DNA of 63,991 nt, the filler included, from Candidatus Babelota bacterium (GTDB taxonomy: Bacteria > JAGOBX01), in NCBI GenBank assembly GCA_017999075.1. It is 6 parts of 6 records of this genome, joined end to end, with 100 filler letters (N's around TTAATTAATTAA, not from the genome) between each part and the next. Parts side by side here need not be neighbours in the genome. Positions count along the whole stretch, not along the records: positions 1 to 10,980 come from JAGOBX010000075.1; 5 more parts are not named here. One strand, 5' to 3'. Made by a program: the position numbers and the translations under genes. The notes beneath the pieces are model-generated. The model saw only the letters and a list, made by a program, of their open reading frames with translations, was not told where the DNA came from and made no database searches. Positions 1 through 9,646 of this stretch are shown here, one piece after another (within the stretch, counting starts at the first letter, position 1; each line of letters begins with the position of its first letter).

Positions 1-118
1 CGGCAATTAATACTTCAAGTTCTCCGTCAATTAAAATATATAAACCATCGCTTGCGTCGCCTTGATAACAAATGACATCGTCTTTTGAAAAATTAATTTT
101 TTCCATAAATTTAACCAT
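1..118 (-). CDS. Cyclic-nucleotide-binding (cNMP/Crp-type) domain protein, N-terminus only; runs off the window edge
   Basis: Manual translation from ATG at 118: MVKFMEKINFSKDDVICYQGDASDGLYILIDGELEVLIA, matching the cNMP pattern F..GD.I..QGD..DGLY.I..G.LEV. Not in the ORF track. Confidence 0.75.
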   Translation of the reverse strand, partial: MVKFMEKINFSKDDVICYQGDASDGLYILIDGELEVLIA

Positions 119-352
119 CACAAAGCCGAACCAGTCGGAAAAATTTTTAATGTTATACTAAGATGCTAATCTTCAAAAAAACATTTAATTCTTTTGGTAT
201 AAAGTATATATATTTATTCAAAAAAATTCAATTAAAATAATAAATTTAAAGTTTTTATTGAAAAATTTAGATTTTTAAATACAATTTATAAATTATTAAA
301 TTTTATATTTTATGATAAATAATATGATCTTATTATTTTAAATTTTTAGAAA

Positions 353-1735
353 ATGGCAAAGATTCTTACTATAAGCGAACAAGGCAATAAATCGGATATT
401 TTTCAATTATTAATTGAAAATAAATATTCGGTTAAATATTCAAATGATTATGAAGATGCTGTATCGTATATAAACAGCGCAGAATTCGATATAATTTTTC
501 TTGATTTTAAATTCGGGAGCAAACAAGTATTTGATTTACTTAAAATCATTAAAATTAACAGTCCTAAATCAAGAGTTATAGTTTTAACTGATGAATCAAC
601 TGTAGATGATGCTGTTCTTGCTATGAAACTCGGAGCTTATGATTATCTTGTTAAACCTGTAGAAGATGTGAGGATAATTAAATTAGTCGGAGAAATTGAA
701 TTTTATATTTCTGATAATACCGAATTACTTCAATCAGAAATTGTATTTGATAATATAATAGGTAAAAATAAATCATTAAGAACCATATTAAAAAAAGTTA
801 GGTTGATAGCCAATACAAAAGTTTCAGTGCTGATAACAGGCGAAAATGGTTCTGGTAAAGAATTGATTGCCGCTGCAATTCATAATTTAAGCGAACGTTA
901 TAAAAAACCGTTTATAACTGTAAATTGCGCCGCAATACCTGCGAATTTAATTGAAAGCGAATTGTTTGGTTTTGAAAAAGGTTCTTTTACAGGAGCTACC
1001 CGTTCACAAACAGGAAAATTTGAAGCTGCCAATGAAGGAACTCTGTTTATTGATGAAATAGGAGATATGGAGCTTTCTGTTCAGGCTAAACTGTTAAGGG
1101 TTCTTGAAAACAGGGAAATTTCCAGGTTAGGTTCAAACTCAATTATAAAAATTAATACAAGATTTGTGTTTGCAACAAATAAAAATCTTAGAGAAGAAGT
1201 TAAGCAGGGAAGATTTCGTGAAGATTTGTATTACAGAATCAACGTTGTAAATCTTGAAATGCCTCCGTTGCGAAATAGACGGGAAGATATTCCTGCTTTG
1301 TTTAAGTATTATTTCAATATGTTTTGTCAGGAATACAATAAAAAGATCAGCGATATAGAACCTGAAGTTTTAAAAGTAATTTCAGTGTATTACTGGCCAG
1401 GTAATATCAGGCAATTTAAAAATGTAATTGAAAATATAGTTGTTCTTAATGAAAACGGAATTATAAAATATTCTGATTTGCCTGAAGAAATAAAAATTGA
1501 CTATAAAAAAGAGGTAGAAGAAGATGTTTCGGCAAAACAAATGTCAAAATCTGCTCTTCCGCATTTTTCGAGTATTTCTAATGATCATAAAATCTTAACT
1601 CTTGCTGAAATAGAAAAAAATGCTATTGTTGAAACATTGAAATTAACTAATAACAATAAAACTAAAACCGCGCAGATTTTAAATATAAGTTTGCGGACTA
1701 TTCAGCGTAAAATTAAAGAATACGGATTGGAATAA
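353..1735 (+). CDS. NtrC-family sigma54-dependent response regulator (REC-AAA+-HTH)
   Basis: N-terminal receiver (IIFLD, YLVKP), Walker A GENGSGKE, ESELFG..KGSFTGA, Walker B LFIDEIG, WPGNIRQ, Fis-type HTH (NKTKTAQILNISLRTIQRKI). Confidence 0.93.
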   Translation: MAKILTISEQGNKSDIFQLLIENKYSVKYSNDYEDAVSYINSAEFDIIFLDFKFGSKQVFDLLKIIKINSPKSRVIVLTDESTVDDAVLAMKLGAYDYLVKPVEDVRIIKLVGEIEFYISDNTELLQSEIVFDNIIGKNKSLRTILKKVRLIANTKVSVLITGENGSGKELIAAAIHNLSERYKKPFITVNCAAIPANLIESELFGFEKGSFTGATRSQTGKFEAANEGTLFIDEIGDMELSVQAKLLRVLENREISRLGSNSIIKINTRFVFATNKNLREEVKQGRFREDLYYRINVVNLEMPPLRNRREDIPALFKYYFNMFCQEYNKKISDIEPEVLKVISVYYWPGNIRQFKNVIENIVVLNENGIIKYSDLPEEIKIDYKKEVEEDVSAKQMSKSALPHFSSISNDHKILTLAEIEKNAIVETLKLTNNNKTKTAQILNISLRTIQRKIKEYGLE

Positions 1736-1739
1736 TATT

Positions 1740-3068
1740 ATGGAAAATATAGATTCGATTTATTCGGAAATTGTTGATTTGATTACGTTTGAGGCTTTTC
1801 AAAAGGGTGAAAAATTCAAAAAAATTCATATACTTGTTATTGATGATTCTGCCACAATGAGAAAAAATTTTATCAGAAAACTTGAAAGCAAAAAAATTTT
1901 TGAAGTTGTTGAAGCTCGAAACGGAATTGAAGGGTTGTATATGCTTGGAAAATACAGGGAATCTATTAAAATAATATTTTTTGATATATGGATGCCTATT
2001 ATGGATGGCCCTGAATTTTTTATAAAAGGACTTAAAGCAGGATTATTAGAAGGTATTCCTTTAATCGCTACGGTTTCTGCTATAAATAAGAAATTGCTGA
2101 TTGAACTCATAAGGCGTGGAGTATATTCGTATTTGCTTTATCCTTTTAGCGAAGAAGAATTGATGTCTATGCTGAGAGATGCATTTACAAAAAAAGTAAG
2201 AGGGATTAAAGATTTAATTGATCAGATTACAAAAATAAATACTTCAGGCAGAAACACTATGGAATACTCTAATTTTTCTTGTTTCAGATTGCTTGAAGAA
2301 AAAATTGAATATGAAGATGAAAAAGAAATAAATTCGGATTTTGAAGAAAATTCAAATATAACAAGAAATATTAATGCTGATGATAATCAAGAAAATTTTG
2401 AAAGACAGAACTGTAAAATAAAAAATGATTTTAATGAAACTTTAAATTCGGCTGAAACCGGCAAGAAAATTACGGAACGTACACTGACGGAACTTAAAAG
2501 AGACAGGACAAGTGAAAATAATCCTAAACTTTTTTATTTAAATGAATCTTTGAAAAAAAATTTAATATTGTATTTAATAACATATTTACAGGAACGAAAT
2601 TATAATTTTGATTATTATGAAGATTTTGTTGATTTTTTTGAAAAATCGGGCGATTTGGATAAAAAAAGCAAGGACGTCATAACAGAATTTGATGAAAAAG
2701 GAATATTGGCTGTGTATAATTCTGATAAAGAATTGTTTACAGAATTGTATCAGATTTTGTCAGAATGTAAATTGGAAAAAAAAGAGTTGAATTCGGTTAT
2801 TGAATATAAAGACGGAATATATTATTATATAATAGCTTATTGGAAATTTTTCTTGAAAGAAAAAATTAAATTGAGTCTTCATGCGGAATATACCGAACTT
2901 AGAAATCTTTTAAATCAGGGATCCGTTGATGTTAATAAAAAAAATAAATATTTTGAACAATTAATTAATAAATGGAAAACAAAGATATCGGCAGGTTCGC
3001 TGTCTCTTCAAAGCCTCAAAAGTTCCGGAGATAAAATTATTCATGAAGCAGCAGCATTACGAAAATAG
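1740..3068 (+). CDS. Receiver-domain protein with unknown C-terminal region
   Basis: ILVIDDS...EARNGIEGL...IFFDIWMPIMDG receiver motifs; C-terminal ~270 aa unrecognised; starts 4 nt after the NtrC gene. Confidence 0.75.
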   Translation: MENIDSIYSEIVDLITFEAFQKGEKFKKIHILVIDDSATMRKNFIRKLESKKIFEVVEARNGIEGLYMLGKYRESIKIIFFDIWMPIMDGPEFFIKGLKAGLLEGIPLIATVSAINKKLLIELIRRGVYSYLLYPFSEEELMSMLRDAFTKKVRGIKDLIDQITKINTSGRNTMEYSNFSCFRLLEEKIEYEDEKEINSDFEENSNITRNINADDNQENFERQNCKIKNDFNETLNSAETGKKITERTLTELKRDRTSENNPKLFYLNESLKKNLILYLITYLQERNYNFDYYEDFVDFFEKSGDLDKKSKDVITEFDEKGILAVYNSDKELFTELYQILSECKLEKKELNSVIEYKDGIYYYIIAYWKFFLKEKIKLSLHAEYTELRNLLNQGSVDVNKKNKYFEQLINKWKTKISAGSLSLQSLKSSGDKIIHEAAALRK

Positions 3069-3315
3069 TATAAAAAATTTTTAAATCCTTCGTTATATTA
3101 TATGAGGAATTTTTACACTATCTTTATCAATTTCAAAATTCTTGAATTTTAATAATCAGTATTTTGAAATAAATGTTTATAGTTTATTAAATACTTTCAT
3201 GTTTTTTTCTAAAAATATTCAATAACGAACCTGAAAAATATACAAATAATAACTTGATTTATTTTATGTTGACAATATAATAATTATATTTATTTTTATA
3301 TACTAAAATATTTTA

Positions 3316-6300
3316 ATGAATAAAATAAAAAAAACGGCAATTTTCTTTTTTATATTTTTTTTATTTGCGCAATTTGAAATATGGGCGTCCGACACTAATG
3401 AAGCGGATAAATTATACGAATTAAAAAAATTTGACAATGCAATTGAAAAATATCTGAATATATTGAAAAATAATACTATTAAAGATAATGAAAAATATAT
3501 AATATATTATAAGTTGGGTAAAAGTTATGCTTATACCAATAAATATAAAGAAGCTATTGATTATTTAAAGAAATATGCAGAACAAAATTTTGATACAACC
3601 TATTCTGACGGAGTTATATATTTATTAGCAGTACTTCATTATAAAATTAATGATTTTGATTCTTACCAGAAATTAAGAAAATATTTAAATGTCCGTTATC
3701 CTAAATCGAAATATTTAAATTCAAGTTTTTGGGAAGGATATCAAAATTATAATGATTTATCAAGAGAAACCAAATTTTTACGTTCAAATTCCGAGTATAG
3801 CGCAGATTTTTCAGATTCTGATTACATCGAAAATCAGAATTTTTCATCAATTGAACTTATAAAAACAAATATTGAATTTGTATTGCTCGATTTTGACAGA
3901 GGGACAATAGATAAAGTTATAGAAACTATAGGTGTATTGACTAAAATAAAATATTATAAAGATTTTTATAACATTTCTGATTATATAACTTTAAAAAGCG
4001 ACAACAAAATTTCAGTAAAATTTCTTCCTGTTTTGTTGAACAAAATATTGAGCGATTTTAATTATTCTGTAACTTATGAAAACGGCGTTTATAAAATAAC
4101 AAAAAATAATACAGAAATAGATAATTATAATCCTATTGTCAAATTTTATTTTATAATTCAGACAAATGCCGCTGATTTCAACAATTCTTTATTAAGTTTA
4201 AAAGAAGTTAAAGTAGAAAATGTTACCACCACGCTTTTTAAAGAATTTTCTTATATTTTGCTGCAATCGGATGACATGGAAAATATTAATAATTTTTTAA
4301 GTACTTATAAAATTTCAAATCAGAATATAGGAAAATATAAAACTCAAAATTTCAAATTAAAAAATGCTGAATCGTTTGTAATAACCAAATATCTTAATTC
4401 TGTATTGAATTACGGAAATAATTTAAATGAATTGAATAAAGAACTTAAACCCAAATCCAAAAGTGATTTAATTGTAAAAAATATTATTCTTAAACCAGAA
4501 AATCTTGATATTTTAAAAACAATTAAGTCTGTAGAAAATGTTTCTGGAGATAATTCAATAAATATTACCTTTCAAAAGGATATGGAAATACCTTTGGCAT
4601 TGATAATCAGTTCAATAGATTTAAATTCCCAGAAGTTTCAAATAGGCATTAAAACTTACAAACTTATATATGCAGATGCTGTTAATGTAGCGGAAATTGT
4701 TAAACAAATGTTTCAGGAGGATTTGCTTGATTATACGGATAATTCCATGCTCTCCAAATCTGAAAAAAAAATAAATCAAATCAGCGCTGATAAACGCACA
4801 AATACAATTATTGTAAATACAGACTTGGAAACCATATTGAAAATTGATGAACTTATTCGAAAACTTGATATTGAAATAAGACCGTTATCAGGAACACAAT
4901 TGAAAATAAGGGTATATTCCCTTAAATACAGTAAATGCGCTGATATAAAAAAACAATTTGATATGTTTTTAGTAAACAATAGTTATTTGAAAATTTATAA
5001 TGTAATGACAGATGAACGGACAAATTCTCTGTTTGTTATGGCGCAGCCGCATGATTTTATAACAATAGATAAAATCGTATCTGAACTTGATAAAGATTTG
5101 TCTATAAAAAAAGAACAGCTTATCACCAAAATTTTTGATTTGAAACATAGAACTCCGGAATATATAGCTAAAAACCTTGAAAAAATAGTTGTGGAAGGAG
5201 TTTACAAAAACAGCGGAGATAACTTGAAAATAATTGCAATTGACAAACAGAATAAAATCGTTATTATATCGGATAATCCTGCTATGATAAATACTGCGAG
5301 GGAATGGCTTAACAAACTTGACGCTCAAACTGAACCTGCTAATAAATCAGTTGTTGAAAACGAGATAAAATCTTACGTTTATTCTTGCAAAAATGTGCCG
5401 GCTGAAGATATGGCAAATATGATAAATACTATGATTAAAACAACCCAGCAGCTTCAGATTCAGAATAAACAATTGAATCCGAATATAGATGAAACTCTTA
5501 TAAAAACAAGGTTTTTGATATCAGAGAATGTTTATGTGACGCCTGATAAAACTTCGAATTCAATTCTTATAAATGCAAATGCAAATGATTATTTTAATCT
5601 TATTAAGTTAATTGAAGAAATCGATAAAATACCGGATCAGATACTTATTGATGTGGTGATAGCTGAAGTAAGTTTGAATGATAATTATCAGGCTGGAATT
5701 GAATGGATGTATGGAAAAACAAATGTTTTTGGAACCAATATGGGTTTGCGTATAAGCGAATCAGGCACAGGAGATGCAGCTATAGTTTCACCGCTTGAAG
5801 GATTAAGATATTCTATACTTGATACAAAACGTTTTAATGCAATGATGAATTTTATGAAATCAACATCAAGTATGAAAATTTTATCAAGACCCCAGATAAC
5901 TACTGTCCACAATAAAAAATCTGTAATAAAAATAGGAAAAGAAGTTCCTGTGACCAAGATATCTATTGATAATGTGAATAATAATGATAATAATAATAAT
6001 AATACCATACAGCAATATACTGAATTCAAAGACGTTGGAATTACTCTTGAAGTTACTCCGGCATCTATTGAAGGAAGTATAGTTGGGTTAAACATACACC
6101 TTATAGTAAGTGAACTGGATGAAAGTTTACAGTTATCAGGAACAAGAAATAATCCTATTATAAAAAAACGCGAAGCTGAAACTTTTGGAAATGTGAAATC
6201 AAACAATACCATTGTTATAGGCGGATTAATTAAACAGGATGAAATTACAACTAATTTAAATGTGCCAGTTCTTTCTGATATACCTTTGCTTGGCACTTTA

Positions 6301-6399
6301 TTTAAAAGAGAGCAGAAGAAAAAAGAAAATACTGAACTTATGTTTTTTATAACTCCTGTTTTGACAAAATCTTCAACTTTAATATCAGATGGCAAATAA
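3316..6399 (+). CDS. GspD-like outer-membrane secretin with N-terminal TPR region
   Basis: Signal peptide, TPR-like helices, repeated secretin N-domains (ADKRTNTIIV, DERTNSLFV, PDKTSNSILI), secretin C-domain (QILIDVVIAEV, DVGITLEVTP, VPVLSDIPLLGTLFK, ELMFFITP). Confidence 0.9.
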   Translation: MNKIKKTAIFFFIFFLFAQFEIWASDTNEADKLYELKKFDNAIEKYLNILKNNTIKDNEKYIIYYKLGKSYAYTNKYKEAIDYLKKYAEQNFDTTYSDGVIYLLAVLHYKINDFDSYQKLRKYLNVRYPKSKYLNSSFWEGYQNYNDLSRETKFLRSNSEYSADFSDSDYIENQNFSSIELIKTNIEFVLLDFDRGTIDKVIETIGVLTKIKYYKDFYNISDYITLKSDNKISVKFLPVLLNKILSDFNYSVTYENGVYKITKNNTEIDNYNPIVKFYFIIQTNAADFNNSLLSLKEVKVENVTTTLFKEFSYILLQSDDMENINNFLSTYKISNQNIGKYKTQNFKLKNAESFVITKYLNSVLNYGNNLNELNKELKPKSKSDLIVKNIILKPENLDILKTIKSVENVSGDNSINITFQKDMEIPLALIISSIDLNSQKFQIGIKTYKLIYADAVNVAEIVKQMFQEDLLDYTDNSMLSKSEKKINQISADKRTNTIIVNTDLETILKIDELIRKLDIEIRPLSGTQLKIRVYSLKYSKCADIKKQFDMFLVNNSYLKIYNVMTDERTNSLFVMAQPHDFITIDKIVSELDKDLSIKKEQLITKIFDLKHRTPEYIAKNLEKIVVEGVYKNSGDNLKIIAIDKQNKIVIISDNPAMINTAREWLNKLDAQTEPANKSVVENEIKSYVYSCKNVPAEDMANMINTMIKTTQQLQIQNKQLNPNIDETLIKTRFLISENVYVTPDKTSNSILINANANDYFNLIKLIEEIDKIPDQILIDVVIAEVSLNDNYQAGIEWMYGKTNVFGTNMGLRISESGTGDAAIVSPLEGLRYSILDTKRFNAMMNFMKSTSSMKILSRPQITTVHNKKSVIKIGKEVPVTKISIDNVNNNDNNNNNTIQQYTEFKDVGITLEVTPASIEGSIVGLNIHLIVSELDESLQLSGTRNNPIIKKREAETFGNVKSNNTIVIGGLIKQDEITTNLNVPVLSDIPLLGTLFKREQKKKENTELMFFITPVLTKSSTLISDGK

Positions 6400-6404
6400 T
6401 ACTG

Positions 6405-7319
6405 ATGGTTAAATCAAGAAAATTTTATAGTATATTGTTAATATTTTTTTTTGTTTTATTTTTATGGAATAATCTTTTAAATGCTGCTGACATTGCTGCA
6501 GGACAGAATTCAAATGTTATATTAAAACCTTCTGTTTCGCAATATTCTCAATATCAGACCAATTTCAGGAATGTTTATAATGAATTGTATAAATCGCTGT
6601 ATTTAAAAGGCCGGTTTGAAACGTTTATACATGAAGTTGTTAAAATTTATAATGATTTTCCTGAAGATATAAAAGATTCGGTTTTATTTTCCCTTGCAAA
6701 AGCTTATTATAAAACAGGAAATTTGGCTAAAAGCTATAAGAATTTTAGCGAATTACGCAAATATTACCCGTCAAGTTCTATAATTTCTTCAGGGACTTAT
6801 AACAAAACTATTGCCCGCATAATAAAACTTGAATCTGAAAATTCAGGGAAATTCAGTTTAACATATCCTGTTAAATTGTATTATTTAATTAAAGATGCGG
6901 GGGCGTCTCAACAGGTTTTATCAAACGTAGAGGCAAATATTATTTCAAGATTATCTGAAAAAATTAAGGTTCCTATTAATTTACAGAATAACAGAATAAG
7001 CGATTACGAACAATTTAAATTAATTATTGTGAATCAGATCTGGATTAATATTTTTCCTGATGAAGGATGGTTGAGAGATGCAATTGATTTGAACAAAAAT
7101 GTTTCTTCCCGCCAGATAGAAAATTCGTATAATTATTATTCGAAAAATTTAGTTATAAAAGTGTCTGTAAAAGATGCTTACGGAGTTCAGTCTGTCCGGT
7201 ATATAGGTTATGGAGTTATTGAAACAACCATAAAAGAATTTTTGAAATCATTGAATTTGACAATAAAAGATTTTTTTGATAAAAATACTGATTTATATAA
7301 TTATAAAGAAGAGTTCTAA
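6405..7319 (+). CDS. Exported protein with TPR-like repeat
   Basis: Signal peptide (..LLNA-AD), TPR-like segment LFSLAKAYYKTGNLAKSYKNFSELRKYYPSS; 5 nt downstream of the secretin. Confidence 0.6.
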   Translation: MVKSRKFYSILLIFFFVLFLWNNLLNAADIAAGQNSNVILKPSVSQYSQYQTNFRNVYNELYKSLYLKGRFETFIHEVVKIYNDFPEDIKDSVLFSLAKAYYKTGNLAKSYKNFSELRKYYPSSSIISSGTYNKTIARIIKLESENSGKFSLTYPVKLYYLIKDAGASQQVLSNVEANIISRLSEKIKVPINLQNNRISDYEQFKLIIVNQIWINIFPDEGWLRDAIDLNKNVSSRQIENSYNYYSKNLVIKVSVKDAYGVQSVRYIGYGVIETTIKEFLKSLNLTIKDFFDKNTDLYNYKEEF

Positions 7320-7323
7320 TAAA

Positions 7324-8025
7324 ATGATACATGGAAAAAAATTTGTTCCTTATATTATGTATGGTTATCCTGATATAAAATATTCTTATGATAAAGTAAT
7401 TGAATTTTCGGAAATAGCTGATTTGATTGAAATAGGATATCCGTTTTCTGATCCTATAGCAGATGGTAAGACTATCCATTCTGCTGCGACTGTAGCTATA
7501 AAAAAAGGAGTTACATTCAAAGGCTATCTTGAATTTATAAAGAAAATTAAAAAAACAACAAAAAAAACGGTTTATTCAATGACTTACTATAATCCTGTAT
7601 TGAATTACGGAATAGAAAAATATATTAAATCGGAAATAGACGGTTTTATAATTCCTGATTTAATAGCCGAGGAAAGTTCAGAAATAATTTTTTATGCTGA
7701 AAAATATAAAAAGAAAAGTGTATTTATCGTAACTCCGGATACTTCTGCTGAAAGAATAAAATATATAACCCGCATGACTACTGGATTTATTTATTATGTC
7801 ACTTATTCTGGAGTTACAGGAAATAAAGTTAAAATTGATAAAAAAGTGCTTGAAAAGATTTCTGAGATAAAGAAAATATCCGGGCATGAAGTTTATGTAG
7901 GATTTGGAATAAGAACTCCTTCAGATTTGAAAACAGTTTTAAAATATGCCGACGGCGGAATAATAGGTTCTGCTATTCTGGAAAATAAAATTTTACCGGA
8001 AGATATATCTTTAATAATGAAATAG
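7324..8025 (+). CDS. trpA: Tryptophan synthase alpha chain
   Basis: IEIGYPFSDPIADG (catalytic Glu/Asp), IIPDL, GFIYYV..SGVTG, VGFGI, ADGGIIGSA. Start moved to ATG 7324 to avoid overlapping the upstream gene (track start 7276). Confidence 0.93.
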   Translation: MIHGKKFVPYIMYGYPDIKYSYDKVIEFSEIADLIEIGYPFSDPIADGKTIHSAATVAIKKGVTFKGYLEFIKKIKKTTKKTVYSMTYYNPVLNYGIEKYIKSEIDGFIIPDLIAEESSEIIFYAEKYKKKSVFIVTPDTSAERIKYITRMTTGFIYYVTYSGVTGNKVKIDKKVLEKISEIKKISGHEVYVGFGIRTPSDLKTVLKYADGGIIGSAILENKILPEDISLIMK

Positions 8026-8044
8026 TTTTTATATTATTAATTTA

Positions 8045-9637
8045 TTAATGAAATATTTCTGCCGAATAAATGTATATGTCTGCTGATTTCCATCCGTCCC
8101 ATCCTATTCCTGCTTTATCTCTGCTGCAATGTCCGAGAAATTCTTCTAAACTCCATCCTGTTTCGGAAGCTACCTGAGGCAAAAATGTTCCGCTGTTTCC
8201 CCCTTTTTTTATATATATTCCATGTTTGCCAAGCTGAATTTCTGAAATGTTTTTTATCTGCTTTAAAGGAGAAAGAATTGATATTTCCACATCGATAGAA
8301 TCTAATTCTCTTAAAGTTACCGGAGAAAATCTGTAATCCTGAGTTGCTGAAGCAATGGCCATTTCCTGGATAGTTTTATATAATGGTTCGGAAGATACGA
8401 ATCTTCCTATGCATCCTCTTAAATTTCCGCTTTTATTAAGAGTAACAAAAATTCCGCATTGCAGCTCCATATTTGGAGTGATGTCTGATTTTGACACTTC
8501 CGGTATTTTCCCTGTTTTTAAATATTCAGTTATAGTTGTTTTTACAAGCGTTAATAATTTTTTTTTTTCATTTTCAGTAAAAATGTTTTCTGATTTTGCC
8601 TGTTTTTCAATCAAATCGTTTTTTGATTTATTTTTTATTACATCTTCATTTTTAATATTAAATGATTTGTCTGTTTTATCCGCAGATATTGAAATTGCGC
8701 AGTAACCTACTACCTTTGATTTGTCGCCGTATTTTTCTGCATCTCCTGAATTTTTATAAATATGGTTTGAAAAATTTAAATTCTTTTTTTCTTGAGTATT
8801 GTTTATTAGAGTTAGAACCGAAGATAATCCGCATAATCTTGTACTCAAATTTGGTGTATTGTTAAATTTATATGCAATGTCCAGCAGTTTTTCAGAAGAA
8901 TTTGATAAAATAGCGGATATAGTTTCTTTATCGGTTTTTACTGCAGAATCATAATCTGGATAATGAGACATGTCAGTGCTTATTATGAAAAGGTTTGAAA
9001 AATTCAAGAATGGTTTTAGAGATTTAGAAATTTTTGCTATTGTTTCAGGAGATTCTGTACCTATCATAATAGGAACTATTTTATAATCCTTTTTCATTAT
9101 ATACTGTAAAAATGGAAGCTGAACTTCTATTGTATGATCATTGAGATGAGGCTTAACAGATTTAATGAAACAATCATTTTCAGAAATAAGTTGATCAGCT
9201 AATTCCGTGTTGACTTTGACTTTTCCTAAAGGAGTTATAAAATTTCCTGCGTTATAGATTGATGCGCCGTTAAAAGATGAAGTATGGCTTGACGATATTA
9301 TGAAAATATTATCGTATTGTTTATTTCCATTAATTTGGATGAATGCTGAAGCTGCAACTGTTCCTGAAAAAATGTATCCTGCATGAGGTGATACTATTGC
9401 CAGCAGTTCCATTGAATCTCCGATACTGTTTTTAACAGCGTTGTTGAATAATTTTGAAAGTTTTGCTGATAATTCTATAGGATTGGACGGATAAAATTTT
9501 CCGGCAAAAACTGGGTTTCTGTCCTGCCCGTTTTTGGTCTGAGGTTCGGAATTGGTCGAGCAGGACGAAAGAAAAATTATTAATAGAATAAAAATAATTA
9601 ATAATGATTTTTTGTTCGGAATACAGATATTTTTCAT
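8045..9637 (-). CDS. AmmeMemoRadiSam protein B (Memo) - protein A (AMMECR1) fusion, predicted lipoprotein
   Basis: Memo motifs AGKFYP, PHAGYIFSG, HTIEVQLPFLQ, STDMSHY; AMMECR1 motifs FVTL...LRGCIG, DYRFSPV, GTFLPQVA; N-terminal lipobox LSSC. Confidence 0.88.
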   Translation of the reverse strand: MKNICIPNKKSLLIIFILLIIFLSSCSTNSEPQTKNGQDRNPVFAGKFYPSNPIELSAKLSKLFNNAVKNSIGDSMELLAIVSPHAGYIFSGTVAASAFIQINGNKQYDNIFIISSSHTSSFNGASIYNAGNFITPLGKVKVNTELADQLISENDCFIKSVKPHLNDHTIEVQLPFLQYIMKKDYKIVPIMIGTESPETIAKISKSLKPFLNFSNLFIISTDMSHYPDYDSAVKTDKETISAILSNSSEKLLDIAYKFNNTPNLSTRLCGLSSVLTLINNTQEKKNLNFSNHIYKNSGDAEKYGDKSKVVGYCAISISADKTDKSFNIKNEDVIKNKSKNDLIEKQAKSENIFTENEKKKLLTLVKTTITEYLKTGKIPEVSKSDITPNMELQCGIFVTLNKSGNLRGCIGRFVSSEPLYKTIQEMAIASATQDYRFSPVTLRELDSIDVEISILSPLKQIKNISEIQLGKHGIYIKKGGNSGTFLPQVASETGWSLEEFLGHCSRDKAGIGWDGWKSADIYIYSAEIFH

Positions 9638-9646
9638 TATATTTTA

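Noticed and set aside
5968-6003. AAT-rich microsatellite-like run encoding NVNNNDNNNNN in the first secretin
   Set aside because: Imperfect in-frame low-complexity loop; no evidence of phase variation
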